The notes under the pieces are model-generated. The model was not told where the DNA came from, searched no databases, and worked only from the letters and a program-made list of their open reading frames with translations. The translations under genes were made by a program, and so were the position numbers. A stretch of DNA of 58,478 bases, from the NCBI GenBank assembly GCA_001795795.1, contig MGKV01000008.1, positions 1 to 58,478 on the forward strand, written 5' to 3'. This document shows, piece after piece, positions 1 to 9,130 of the stretch; the stretch's first letter is position 1; each line of letters opens with the position of its first letter. Source of the DNA: Candidatus Yanofskybacteria bacterium RIFCSPLOWO2_02_FULL_45_18 (lineage in GTDB: Bacteria; Patescibacteriota; Minisyncoccia; 2-02-FULL-40-12; GWA2-44-9).

Positions 1-190
1 CCTTGTAGTAGCCGCAATGAAGGCATAAGGTATGGGGTCTGACCGTCTTTTTGCAATGCGAACAGGCCACCAGTTTGAGGGGTTTTAATGCAAGGTGGCT
101 GCGGCGGCGCAGTTGGTGGCCCTTGGCCATGTGATGTCTTGGTACTGCCACGATATAACTTGCTGGTCGCTCCGCCATCTGCTGATGGGC

Positions 191-355
191 GGTACGCTCT
201 TGGCCATCTTCTTCGTTAAAAGCTTTCAGGCGAAGTTTCTTGAGCGTGCTTTAGCCGCTCCAAGAATCGCCTCCGTTTGCTCCTCCGTGTACACTTGGCA
301 CACATCGTCGCAATACTCGCTTTTGTCTCGAATCTGACCAAGCCAGCTGCGTTCT
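191..355. repeat. Dispersed non-coding repeat, copy A (has an extra ~46-bp internal segment relative to copy B)
   Basis: Aligns with 14053..14172: GTACGCTCTYGGCCATCTTCTT...CCGTTTGCTC...GCAATACTCGCTTTTGYCTCGAATCTGRCCAAGCCAGCTGCGTT. Lies upstream of dnaE. Confidence 0.7.
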
Positions 356-418
356 ATTTAGAAACTTTCGTAAACACACAATAACATAAAGCTTGACGGA
401 TTGCAAGAATAAAATGGG

Positions 419-466
419 TTGTCCACATGTTAGTGCCATTGAGGGAAAAAATGGCGGTGGTAAAAT
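419..466 (+). promoter_or_regulatory. Predicted dnaE promoter with upstream DnaA-box-like 9-mer
   Basis: TTGTCCACA (419-427), then 11 nt, -35 TTGAGG (439-444), 16-nt spacer, extended -10 TGgTAAAAT (458-466). Confidence 0.4.
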
Positions 467-477
467 GAATGCATGAT

Positions 478-515
478 ACTCGCGATTACAAAAATAAATT
501 ACCGTAATCGCGAGT
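478..515 (+). promoter_or_regulatory. 12-bp perfect stem-loop in the dnaE 5' leader
   Basis: ACTCGCGATTAC (478-489) pairs with GTAATCGCGAGT (504-515); 14-nt loop; followed by TCTGTTTATT and the dnaE ATG at 529. Confidence 0.4.
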
Positions 516-528
516 TCTGTTTATTCTA

Positions 529-3500
529 ATGTCTAACTTCGTTCATCTTCACACCCACTCCCATTATTCCTTGCTTGACGGCCTGTCAAAAATAGACGGG
601 CTTGTCGCGCGCGCCAAAGAGCTGGGCATGGAAGCGCTGGCCGTTACCGACCACGGCGCAATGTACGGAGCGATTGAGTTTTACGCGGCCTGTAAAAAAG
701 CCGGCATCAAGCCCATCATCGGCGTGGAGGCGTATGTGGCAAACCGGACCCGTTTTGACAAAGAACCCGGCATAGACAACAAACGATACCACCTTACCCT
801 CTTAGCCAAAAATAATATTGGTTATCAAAATCTGGTTAAGCTGGTTACTGCCGCGCATATTGAGGGCTTCTATTATAAACCTCGTGTTGACAAAGAACTT
901 CTTCGCGAACATTCCGAGGGGCTGATCGCTCTTTCAGGGTGTCTGGCGGGCGAATTGGGGAGAAGTATTCAGTCGGGCAATCTTGAAAAAGCCGAGAAGA
1001 TAGCGCGGGAATATCAGGATATTTTAGGGGCTGACAATTATTTTATTGAGATCATGCACCATCCTGAAGTGGAAAATTTCTGGGAATGGCGCAAGTCCCT
1101 GATAACGCTGGCGCATAAACTCAACATTCCGCTGGTAGCCACGCAGGATTCGCATTATCTTAATTCTGATGACAAATTTGCCCACAAAATACTTGTGGCC
1201 ATTTCAACCAACACCGATGTAAGCGACACGGGCATATTTAAGGGTGACGGGAACTATCATTTTACCTCAACCGAAGAAGCGTCGGAGGCGTTCAAAGATA
1301 TTCCGGATGCGGTAGAAAATACGGAAAAGATCGCCCAGCGGTGCAATGTTGAACTGGCATTGGGTAAATTTATTTTCCCCGATTTTGTGCTTGAACCCGG
1401 CAAAACCGCCGACCAGATGCTAAAAGAACTTACCTTGCAAGGCGCTAAGGAGCGCGGGTTGGATGTTAATCCGGAAATTACGGAGCGGTTGTGCTATGAA
1501 TTGGAAATAATCAGGAACAAAAACTACGCCCCCTACTTTCTGGTGGTCGCCGATCTTCTGCGTTTTGCGCGGGAATCCAACATTTATACGACTGTCCGCG
1601 GTTCCGCCGCCGGTTCTCTGGTGGCCCATCTTTCTGGCATAACCAATGTCAATCCGATAGAATTCAAACTTCCTTTTGAACGGTTTCTGAACCCGTTTCG
1701 CCCATCCGCGCCGGATATTGACATGGATTTTGCCGATAACAGGCGCGAAGAAGTGATTGAATATGCCAAAAAGAAATATGGCGCGGACAAAGTAGCCCAA
1801 ATCAGCACTTTCGGCACCATGATGGCCCGCGGGGCGGTTCGCGATGTGGCCCGCGCTCTGGAAAAATCATATGAACTGGGAGATCGGATCGCCAAGCTTA
1901 TTCCGATGGGTTCGCAAGGATTCCCAATGACGATTGACCACGCCATGGAACTTGAGCCGGAGTTAAAGAATTTATATGAGAGAGATTCCGAGGTGCGGCA
2001 GATTCTTGATATTGCCAAAAAACTTGAGGGCACTGTCCGGCATGTGTCGGTTCACGCGGCCGGAGTGGTCATTGCCCCCCAACCGCTGGTTAATTATGTT
2101 CCGATTCAGTTTGATCCTAAAACGGGCGATAAACTGATTACGCAATATGATATGTATACCGTAGGCGAAGATGGCGTTGGGCTGACTAAGTTGGATTTTT
2201 TGGGAATCCGCAATCTGGCGATATTGGAAGATGCGGTGCGGCTGGTGCGCGAACATCGCGGGCTCAATATTGATATTGAAAAAATACCTTTTGACGACAA
2301 GAAAACGTTTATCATGCTGGCCAAAGGCGAAACTGAAGGGTTGTTCCAGTTGAGTGGTTCCGGTATGACCAAGCACCTGATGGAACTCAAGCCCACCACC
2401 GTCCATGACATCAACGCCATGGTCGCGTTGTATCGCCCGGGCCCGATGAACAACATTCCCGAGTATATCGCCCGCAAGCAGGGCCGAAGCAAGATAACCT
2501 ACTTTCATCCCAAGGCCGAAAGTTTTCTTGCCAAATCCTATGGTATTTTGGTTTATCAGGACGACCTGCTGTTTACCGCTCTGGAACTGGCGGGGTATAA
2601 CTGGGAGACGGTGGACAAATTCCGCAAAGCAGTCGGTAAGAAAATTCCGGCGGAAATGGCCAAACAGCACAAAATTTTCGTTGAGGGCTGTCAGACCCAC
2701 AGTGGCATGAGCAAAGACAAAGCGGAAGAAATCTGGAATTTGTTTGAACCGTTTCAGGGTTACGGTTTCAACAAAGCCCATGCCGCCTGTTATGGCCGCG
2801 TAGCCTATCAGACGGCATATATGAAAGCCAATTTTCCGGCCGAATATATGTGCGCCGTGCTTACCGCCGAAGCCGGTGATACCGAAAAGATTGCCGAGAT
2901 TATCACCGAATGCAAGCGGATGAAAATACCGGTGCTGTCTCCGGCCATCAACAGCTCGGCCAAGGATTTTACCGTTGTTAAAACAGCCGGCGCCGAAGAC
3001 CAAATATGTTTCGGGCTGTTGACCATCAAAAATCTGGGAGAAGGGGTGGCTGACGCCATCATTGCCGAACGCGCGGGGCGCGGACCTTACGGGGATATTG
3101 AAAATTTCATCACGCGCATTAATAACAAAGATCTCAACAAAAAGTCTCTTGAAAGTCTTATCAAGTGCGGCGCTCTTGATGAATTTGGCGAACGGAACAC
3201 GCTCTTGTTTAATGTTGAGTCCCTGCTTACTCATGCGCGAGATGAACAAAAGAACGCATCCCAGAAACAAACAAGTCTTTTCGGAGAAAATACTAAAGTT
3301 GTTTTGCCGCCCCTCAAGCTGATGACCACAACCGCGGCCAGCCAGCCGGAGAAACTTATGTGGGAAAAAGAATTGCTGGGATTGTTTGTTTCCGAGCACC
3401 CGTTGAATACCTACCAGACCCAGCTTGCGCTAGAGAGGGTTACAAAAGTCGGCGACCTTAAGGCGACGATATCGGGGGCGGTCAGGATTGGCGGAGTTAT

Positions 3501-3735
3501 CACCAAGACCCAGAAAATTATGACCAAAACCGGCCGACCCATGCTTTTTTCATGGCTGGAAGACCTGTCCTCCAAAATTGAGGTCGTCGTTTTTCCCAAT
3601 GTTTTTGAGCAAAATCCCGATGTCTGGAAAGAAAACAGTATTGTGGTGGTCCAAGGTAAGGTAAACGACCGCGACGGCGTCCTCAAACTCCTCTGCGATA
3701 CGGTTAAACCGTTGGCATTAATGAGCTCGGCGTAG
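529..3735 (+). CDS. dnaE: DNA polymerase III alpha subunit
   Basis: 1068-aa ORF with PHP motif HLHTHSHYSLLDG, pol IIIa core and OB-fold tail. Long antisense ORFs inside it are shadow ORFs. Confidence 0.95.
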   Translation: MSNFVHLHTHSHYSLLDGLSKIDGLVARAKELGMEALAVTDHGAMYGAIEFYAACKKAGIKPIIGVEAYVANRTRFDKEPGIDNKRYHLTLLAKNNIGYQNLVKLVTAAHIEGFYYKPRVDKELLREHSEGLIALSGCLAGELGRSIQSGNLEKAEKIAREYQDILGADNYFIEIMHHPEVENFWEWRKSLITLAHKLNIPLVATQDSHYLNSDDKFAHKILVAISTNTDVSDTGIFKGDGNYHFTSTEEASEAFKDIPDAVENTEKIAQRCNVELALGKFIFPDFVLEPGKTADQMLKELTLQGAKERGLDVNPEITERLCYELEIIRNKNYAPYFLVVADLLRFARESNIYTTVRGSAAGSLVAHLSGITNVNPIEFKLPFERFLNPFRPSAPDIDMDFADNRREEVIEYAKKKYGADKVAQISTFGTMMARGAVRDVARALEKSYELGDRIAKLIPMGSQGFPMTIDHAMELEPELKNLYERDSEVRQILDIAKKLEGTVRHVSVHAAGVVIAPQPLVNYVPIQFDPKTGDKLITQYDMYTVGEDGVGLTKLDFLGIRNLAILEDAVRLVREHRGLNIDIEKIPFDDKKTFIMLAKGETEGLFQLSGSGMTKHLMELKPTTVHDINAMVALYRPGPMNNIPEYIARKQGRSKITYFHPKAESFLAKSYGILVYQDDLLFTALELAGYNWETVDKFRKAVGKKIPAEMAKQHKIFVEGCQTHSGMSKDKAEEIWNLFEPFQGYGFNKAHAACYGRVAYQTAYMKANFPAEYMCAVLTAEAGDTEKIAEIITECKRMKIPVLSPAINSSAKDFTVVKTAGAEDQICFGLLTIKNLGEGVADAIIAERAGRGPYGDIENFITRINNKDLNKKSLESLIKCGALDEFGERNTLLFNVESLLTHARDEQKNASQKQTSLFGENTKVVLPPLKLMTTTAASQPEKLMWEKELLGLFVSEHPLNTYQTQLALERVTKVGDLKATISGAVRIGGVITKTQKIMTKTGRPMLFSWLEDLSSKIEVVVFPNVFEQNPDVWKENSIVVVQGKVNDRDGVLKLLCDTVKPLALMSSA

Positions 3736-3795
3736 TATAGCCGCCCATCAACGGACGGTTTTGATTTATGCCCCCTTCTTTGTTATTCTTTAATC

Positions 3796-5661
3796 ATGGT
3801 TGCGCAACCGCTTGAACATTTGCGTCACTCTTTGGCACACCTCCTAGGCGCGGCGGTTTTGGATTTGTATCCCGGTTCAAAATTGGCCATCGGACCGGCA
3901 ATTGAGGACGGATTTTACTACGATATAGATTTCAGTTCTGCTGAACTGCGCGGACAGACGCGGATTGGTACGCAGACCTACGCGGACCAAAAAATGGTTA
4001 TTTCTGACAGTGATTTGCCGAAGATTGAAAAGAAAATGCGGGAGATTTTAAAGTCATGGGAGGTGTTTGAGAAAATTGATGTCACTCCGGACGAAGCAAG
4101 AAAAATCTACAACGGAAATCAGTATAAGACGGAACTAATTAATGAACTGGAAAAAAACAAACAACCCATAACTCTTTACTACTCCGGCCCCGAAACAAGT
4201 ATCCCCGCCAAGAAGTCCTTGCTACAAGCTACAAGCTATAAGCCACAAGCTGGTTTCTTAGATCTCTGCCGTGGCGGCCATGTTGAAGATGTCAAAGAAA
4301 TAGACCCCGAAGGATTTAAATTGACCCATATCGCCGGAGCGTATTGGCGCGGAAGCGAAAAAAATCCGATGCTTACCCGTATTTACGGACTGGCTTTTTA
4401 TGCCAAAGAAGAGTTGGATGCGCATTTGCGGATGCTGGAGGAAGCCAAAAAGCGCGACCACCGTAAATTGGGCAAAGAGCTGGGGCTTTTTACCATCGCT
4501 GAAGAAGTCGGGCCGGGATTGCCGCTTTTTTATCCCAAAGGAGCGATACTGCGTCGCTTGGTGGAAAATTTTATCACCGAGATACAAGAAAAGCGCGGCT
4601 ATATGCCGATCTGGATTCCTCATGTGACCAAGGGCGAGCTCTACAAGATTTCGGGCCATCTTGAAAAATACGACGCGCTTTACCCGCCGATGCGTCTTCC
4701 CGACGAGGCCGACTACTACATCAAGCCGATGAATTGCCCGCATTTTATGATGTTGTATAAGTCGCTCCCCCATTCTTACCGCGAGTTACCCATTCGTTAT
4801 GTTTGCACCACGACTAATTACCGTTACGAGAAATCGGGAGAGCTCTCCGGATTAACACGGGTGCGTTCGCTGACGCAGGACGACTGCCATGTGTTTGCCA
4901 CATCCGAACAAATAGAAAAAGAGGTCGGATTAATGCTGGACATGATAGAGGAAACTTATAAGGTTTTTGGTTTTAACGATTTTCATGTCCGAGTTTCGAT
5001 TCGGGATATTAAAACGCCTGAAAAATATATCGGCGACTCTGATGTGTGGGAAAAATCCGAGAAGATATTGGAAGGGCTTATAAAAAACAGGAACTGGAAA
5101 TATGATATTGGCGAAGGCGAGGCGGCATTCTACGGTCCGAAGCTTGATTTCATATTCAAAGATGTCATCGGTCGGCCGTGGCAGCTTTCCACGGTTCAGC
5201 TAGATATGAATTTGCCCCAAAGATTCGGGCTTGAATATGTTGATACGGATGGAACTAAAAAACAGCCGGTAGTTATCCATCGGGCGATTCTCGGCTCAAC
5301 GGAACGGTTCCTGGGCATATTGATTGAGCACTACGCCGGAGCGTTTCCGGTATGGCTGGCGCCGGTGCAGGTTGCAGTCCTTTCCGTATCCGACAAACAA
5401 AGCGAGGCGGCCCGGGCGGTGGAACAGCGTCTCAAAAATGCAAGTATTCGCGCGGAGTTAAATAATGAAAACGAAACTTTGGGCAAAAAAATACGCGGAG
5501 CCGAACTTCAAAAGATCCCATATCTTGCGGTAATCGGAGAAAAAGAGGTAGTCAGCGACATGGTAGCAGTTCGCCAGCGGGGTAAAGGAGATTTGGGACA
5601 AATGAGCGTGGAGAGTTTCATTGCGGAGGTAACTCAAGAAGAAAAGGCAAAGTCGCTGTAA
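3796..5661 (+). CDS. thrS: Threonine--tRNA ligase lacking the N-terminal TGS domain
   Basis: Starts directly at the HSLAHLL editing-domain motif. Class II core motifs are present (FYPKG, MNCPHF, TRVRSLTQDD) plus an anticodon-binding tail. Confidence 0.93.
   Translation: MVAQPLEHLRHSLAHLLGAAVLDLYPGSKLAIGPAIEDGFYYDIDFSSAELRGQTRIGTQTYADQKMVISDSDLPKIEKKMREILKSWEVFEKIDVTPDEARKIYNGNQYKTELINELEKNKQPITLYYSGPETSIPAKKSLLQATSYKPQAGFLDLCRGGHVEDVKEIDPEGFKLTHIAGAYWRGSEKNPMLTRIYGLAFYAKEELDAHLRMLEEAKKRDHRKLGKELGLFTIAEEVGPGLPLFYPKGAILRRLVENFITEIQEKRGYMPIWIPHVTKGELYKISGHLEKYDALYPPMRLPDEADYYIKPMNCPHFMMLYKSLPHSYRELPIRYVCTTTNYRYEKSGELSGLTRVRSLTQDDCHVFATSEQIEKEVGLMLDMIEETYKVFGFNDFHVRVSIRDIKTPEKYIGDSDVWEKSEKILEGLIKNRNWKYDIGEGEAAFYGPKLDFIFKDVIGRPWQLSTVQLDMNLPQRFGLEYVDTDGTKKQPVVIHRAILGSTERFLGILIEHYAGAFPVWLAPVQVAVLSVSDKQSEAARAVEQRLKNASIRAELNNENETLGKKIRGAELQKIPYLAVIGEKEVVSDMVAVRQRGKGDLGQMSVESFIAEVTQEEKAKSL
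3949..3988. repeat. Short tandem array of CGCGGA-type units (10-12 nt period) inside thrS
   Basis: CGCGGACAGA CGCGGATTGGTA CGCAGACCTA CGCGGACC. Encodes the odd segment AELRGQTRIGTQTYADQK. Confidence 0.6.
4222..4249. repeat. 7-nt-period tandem array inside thrS
   Basis: CTACAAG CTACAAG CTATAAG CCACAAG. Encodes LLQATSYKPQA just before the conserved DLCRGGH. Confidence 0.75.
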
Positions 5662-5704
5662 ATTTGCGGAGCATACTCGGATTGCGTTCCACAACAAAAG
5701 ACCG

Positions 5705-6349
5705 TCACTTGGTGGCGGTTCTTTTAAATTTTGAAAAAAAATACAACAGAACGATAATTGTGGCCATGGCCGTAATGATTATGATCCGCAGTTCGGTTGA
5801 AATTTGAAAGATATATTGCCAGAACCTAACCATGCCGACCGTTTTGACGATATTGCCAACCAGCAGGACGAAAAATCCTTTTCTCCAACCGCTGATACGG
5901 CAAAATAAGGTGCCGACAATGCGCGAGCCGGGTTCTGGAAAGATTCCAACCAGAAAAATTGCCGGATAACCTCCCCACTTGATAGCTTTGAAGATGCGGA
6001 GATTGGCGTATTGCTCGGGGTTATATTTTTTGGAAAAATAACCGACAATCTCGTCGTAGTAGCCGTTCCTCTTCAGTTTATTCCAAAATTTCTTTAAAAA
6101 ATTTATGTCTTCCCTGATTGATTTCTCTGCGATTTTCTTTTTTGCAATTTTTTTGACAAAACCGTCAATCCAGCCTATTAACCAGTAAACATAAACCAAC
6201 TCACCGGTGGCAAGAATGCAGGCAATTATGGAGGTATGCAAAAATCCGAGACCATGCATCTGCAAATACGGAATAATGCCCAGGTCTATATTCAACAGCC
6301 ACATTAAAGGTAATCCCAAACATGGCCAGAGAGCGAACCATTTTTTCAC
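5705..6349 (-). CDS. Hypothetical multi-pass membrane protein
   Basis: 214-aa ORF with several hydrophobic helices and a basic central loop. No family recognised. Confidence 0.5.
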   Translation of the reverse strand: MKKWFALWPCLGLPLMWLLNIDLGIIPYLQMHGLGFLHTSIIACILATGELVYVYWLIGWIDGFVKKIAKKKIAEKSIREDINFLKKFWNKLKRNGYYDEIVGYFSKKYNPEQYANLRIFKAIKWGGYPAIFLVGIFPEPGSRIVGTLFCRISGWRKGFFVLLVGNIVKTVGMVRFWQYIFQISTELRIIIITAMATIIVLLYFFSKFKRTATK

Positions 6350-6410
6350 AACCGCTCCTTGTTAAGGAACTTTATATTCCCGTCCGAATGTAGTAATACT
6401 AGAGGAAAGT

Positions 6411-7433
6411 ATGGCAGACCGCAAGAAGATAAAAATAATAGTGATATTGGGCCCGACGGCTTCGGGCAAGTCGGGTTTAGCCCTACGACTCGCCAAACTT
6501 ACTCAGGGTAAACCATTCCGAGAGAAATACGGAATAAAAGGGGCTGAAATAATTTCGGCTGACAGTCGGCAGGTTTACCGCGGGATGGATATCGGAACGG
6601 GCAAGGTTGACCAAGACCGAATTCAAAAATCAAAAATCAAAAGTCAAAATTTAGGTCGAGGCCTCTTTTATTCAAGAGGGATTCGGCATTGGCTGATTGA
6701 CGTTGCAAATCCTAAAAAACAATTCACCGCGGCGGATTTTAAGCGGATGGGAGAAAAGGCGATTGAAGAGATTCTTGGCAAAGGCAAGATACCAATTATC
6801 GTCGGCGGGACGGGGTTTTATATTGACGCGCTTTTGAATCGTGTGAATCTTCCTGACGTGCCGCCGGACAGGACATTAAGGGCGAAACTGGAGAAACTAT
6901 CCGCGAAACAGCTTTTTGAGAGGCTTAAGAAACTTGATCCCGTAAGGGCAAAAAATATTGACGCCAAAAACAAAAGACGCCTTGTTAGGGCGATAGAGGT
7001 AGCAAGCGGAAGGTATCGAGTAGCGAGTAGTAAGTATCAAGAAAGTGACTATGATATTTTATGGATTGGGGTTAAATTATCAAAAGAAGAATTGGCGAAA
7101 AGGATAAAAAAACGCCTCAATGAAAGGATAAAACAAGGGATGGTGGCAGAGACGCGAAAACTGCGGGATGGCGGTTTAACCCGGAGACGGCTTTATGATC
7201 TGGGGCTGGAATACCGATGGCTGTCGTTATATCTAAAGCGTGAGACGCAAAGCGCAAAGCGCAAAATCAGAGTCGCCCCCTTCATAAAATCGGAGGAATA
7301 CAAAAATCTTTTGCGCGATATAATCCGCTATTCCAAAAGACAGATGACATGGTTCAAGAGAAATAAAAATGTTGTCTGGGTATCCGGAAAAGAAGCCGCG
7401 CGCGCTCTGGCCAGAAGATGGATGACCGACTAG
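6411..7433 (+). CDS. miaA: tRNA dimethylallyltransferase
   Basis: P-loop GPTASGKS, then ISADSRQVYRGMDIGTGK. Longer than usual because of three repeat-encoded inserts. Confidence 0.9.
   Translation: MADRKKIKIIVILGPTASGKSGLALRLAKLTQGKPFREKYGIKGAEIISADSRQVYRGMDIGTGKVDQDRIQKSKIKSQNLGRGLFYSRGIRHWLIDVANPKKQFTAADFKRMGEKAIEEILGKGKIPIIVGGTGFYIDALLNRVNLPDVPPDRTLRAKLEKLSAKQLFERLKKLDPVRAKNIDAKNKRRLVRAIEVASGRYRVASSKYQESDYDILWIGVKLSKEELAKRIKKRLNERIKQGMVAETRKLRDGGLTRRRLYDLGLEYRWLSLYLKRETQSAKRKIRVAPFIKSEEYKNLLRDIIRYSKRQMTWFKRNKNVVWVSGKEAARALARRWMTD
6623..6650. repeat. 7-nt-period tandem array inside miaA
   Basis: TCAAAAA TCAAAAA TCAAAAG TCAAAAT. Encodes IQKSKIKSQN. Confidence 0.8.
6992..7047. repeat. 7-nt-period tandem array inside miaA (8 units)
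   Basis: GATAGAG GTAGCAA GCGGAAG GTATCGA GTAGCGA GTAGTAA GTATCAA GAAAGTG. Encodes EVASGRYRVASSKYQES. Confidence 0.8.
7234..7275. repeat. 7-nt-period tandem array inside miaA (GCGCAAA family)
   Basis: TAAAGCG TGAGACG CAAAGCG CAAAGCG CAAAATC AGAGTCG. Encodes RETQSAKRKIRV. Confidence 0.8.
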
Positions 7434-7669
7434 TTTTGCAATTTTTTGATATACTCCTCGGTTTCTTTCTCTCCGGTATTTCCAGTGGCATTTCCCGTTT
7501 TCCCCTCCAATTCTATTTGCTTTTCCGCTGATTCCGCAACTTCCCCCTCTTCCGGTTTAAAATAGGTTTCAGGGTTTGGCATAAGCAGAGGCAGGTTATT
7601 TCCAGACGGCTGAATGGTTTCAACATCAGTGGACGTTAATTTGGCCCAAATTTTTTTGAATATGCTCAT
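7430..7669 (-). CDS. Hypothetical small acidic protein
   Basis: 79-aa ORF whose ATG abuts the gatB stop codon (TAAATG), suggesting translational coupling. Confidence 0.45.
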   Translation of the reverse strand: MSIFKKIWAKLTSTDVETIQPSGNNLPLLMPNPETYFKPEEGEVAESAEKQIELEGKTGNATGNTGEKETEEYIKKLQN

Positions 7670-9130
7670 TTAGTCGTTTAATATTTTTTCAATTAGTTCG
7701 GCTACGATTTGGGGATTGGCTTTACCCTTTGTCGCGGCCATGATTCGACCAATAAGGAATTTCAAGGCCCCTTTTTTGCCTTTTTTGTAATCTTCAGCTA
7801 CTTTGCTATTTTCCATAATAACATTTTCCGCGGCTAATTTAAGAGTATCCAGATCGGACACCTGCGCCAGATCTTTTTGACGGATGATATAATCGGGGCT
7901 ATTGCCACTGGCGAACATTTCTTTGAGCAATGTTTGGGCGCCGGAAGAAGAGACTTCTCCTCGGGATACGCGGACAACAAAGTCGGCAAACATTTCGGGC
8001 GTTATCTTGATGTCGTCAATTTCTGCGGAAACATCAGATAGTAATTTTTGCAATTCGGTAATTAAATAATTTGAAGCAAGTTTAAATAATTTTTCCTTAT
8101 GTTCTATGGAGATAAGCTCACTGGCAATCTTTTCAAAATAATTTCCCAGCTTTTTATTGGTGATAAAGAGCGCGATGTCGCTATCCGGCAGTCCGTATTC
8201 TTTTGTAAATCTTTCTCTTCTTTGTTGAGGCAACTCCGGCAGTTTGGATTTGATTTCTTCAATATCTGGTTCGTTGAATTTCAGGGGCGGCAGATCCGGT
8301 TCGGGGAAATATCTGTAATCGCTGGAGCCCTCTTTGGTCCTCTGACTTATGGTTATCAGTTTTTTATCGTCCCACCCACGCGTTTCCTGAACTATCTTCT
8401 CTCCCGCTTCCAGCAATTCAATCTGCCTTTTTGTTTCATAATCCGCGGCTGCGGCGGCCGCTTTGATTGAATTGATGTTTTTGACCTCAACCTTGGTTCC
8501 CAACTTGTCAGTTTTGGAAACTGAAATATTAACCTCAACTCTCATCTGCCCCTTTTCCATATCGGCATCGGAAGCGCCAAGATAACGCAGTATAAGCTGT
8601 AATTCTTCGACAAAGGACTTAATTTCAGAACCGGTCTCAATATCGGGATTAGTAACCAGTTCCATTAAGGGAACGCCCGCGCGATTATAGTCCACCAGAG
8701 AATATTTGCCGTCGGGTGGATGCTGCAGACGACCCGCATCCTCTTCTAGGTGAATTCTCTCGACTCTTATTTTTTTCTTACTTGTCGCCGGTCGCTGGTC
8801 GCTGGTTGCTATTTCCAGCCACCCATTCTCGCACAACGGTTTTTGAAATTGAGAAATTTGGTATCCCTTAGGCAAATCCGGATAGAAATAATTTTTTCTT
8901 TCAAAAAAAGTATCTTGAGAAATTTTGCAGTTCAAAGCTAGACCAATAAGGAGCATTTTGTTTATGGCTTCACGGTTGATTACTGGCAAAGCGCCAGGAT
9001 GACCCATGCAGACGGGGCAAATATTAATGTTGGGATGCTTTTCATCCGGGTCGTTGAGCGAATCGCAAAACATCTTGGTCTTTGTTTTAAGCTCAGCATG
9101 TATTTCCAGTCCAATCGTAGTTTTATACAT
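7670..9130 (-). CDS. gatB: Asp/Glu-tRNA amidotransferase subunit B
   Basis: TIGLEIHAELKTKTKMFC, RIHLEEDAGRL, and a C-terminal YqeY-like tail. Confidence 0.93.
   Translation of the reverse strand: MYKTTIGLEIHAELKTKTKMFCDSLNDPDEKHPNINICPVCMGHPGALPVINREAINKMLLIGLALNCKISQDTFFERKNYFYPDLPKGYQISQFQKPLCENGWLEIATSDQRPATSKKKIRVERIHLEEDAGRLQHPPDGKYSLVDYNRAGVPLMELVTNPDIETGSEIKSFVEELQLILRYLGASDADMEKGQMRVEVNISVSKTDKLGTKVEVKNINSIKAAAAAADYETKRQIELLEAGEKIVQETRGWDDKKLITISQRTKEGSSDYRYFPEPDLPPLKFNEPDIEEIKSKLPELPQQRRERFTKEYGLPDSDIALFITNKKLGNYFEKIASELISIEHKEKLFKLASNYLITELQKLLSDVSAEIDDIKITPEMFADFVVRVSRGEVSSSGAQTLLKEMFASGNSPDYIIRQKDLAQVSDLDTLKLAAENVIMENSKVAEDYKKGKKGALKFLIGRIMAATKGKANPQIVAELIEKILND
8781..8815. repeat. 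7-nt-period tandem array inside gatB (CGACCAG/CGACAAG family)
   Basis: CTTGTCG CCGGTCG CTGGTCG CTGGTTG CTATTTC on the plus strand. Encodes ATSDQRPATS. Confidence 0.8.

Noticed and set aside
1972-3399. 475-aa ORF, and several other ORFs over 100 aa, antisense to dnaE. Similar long antisense ORFs lie inside gyrB, ileS, glyQS and the GH-like gene.
   Set aside because: They lie fully inside strongly supported conserved genes on the opposite strand. They have low-complexity, Arg/Gly/Phe-rich translations and no start-site signals. These are typical shadow ORFs.
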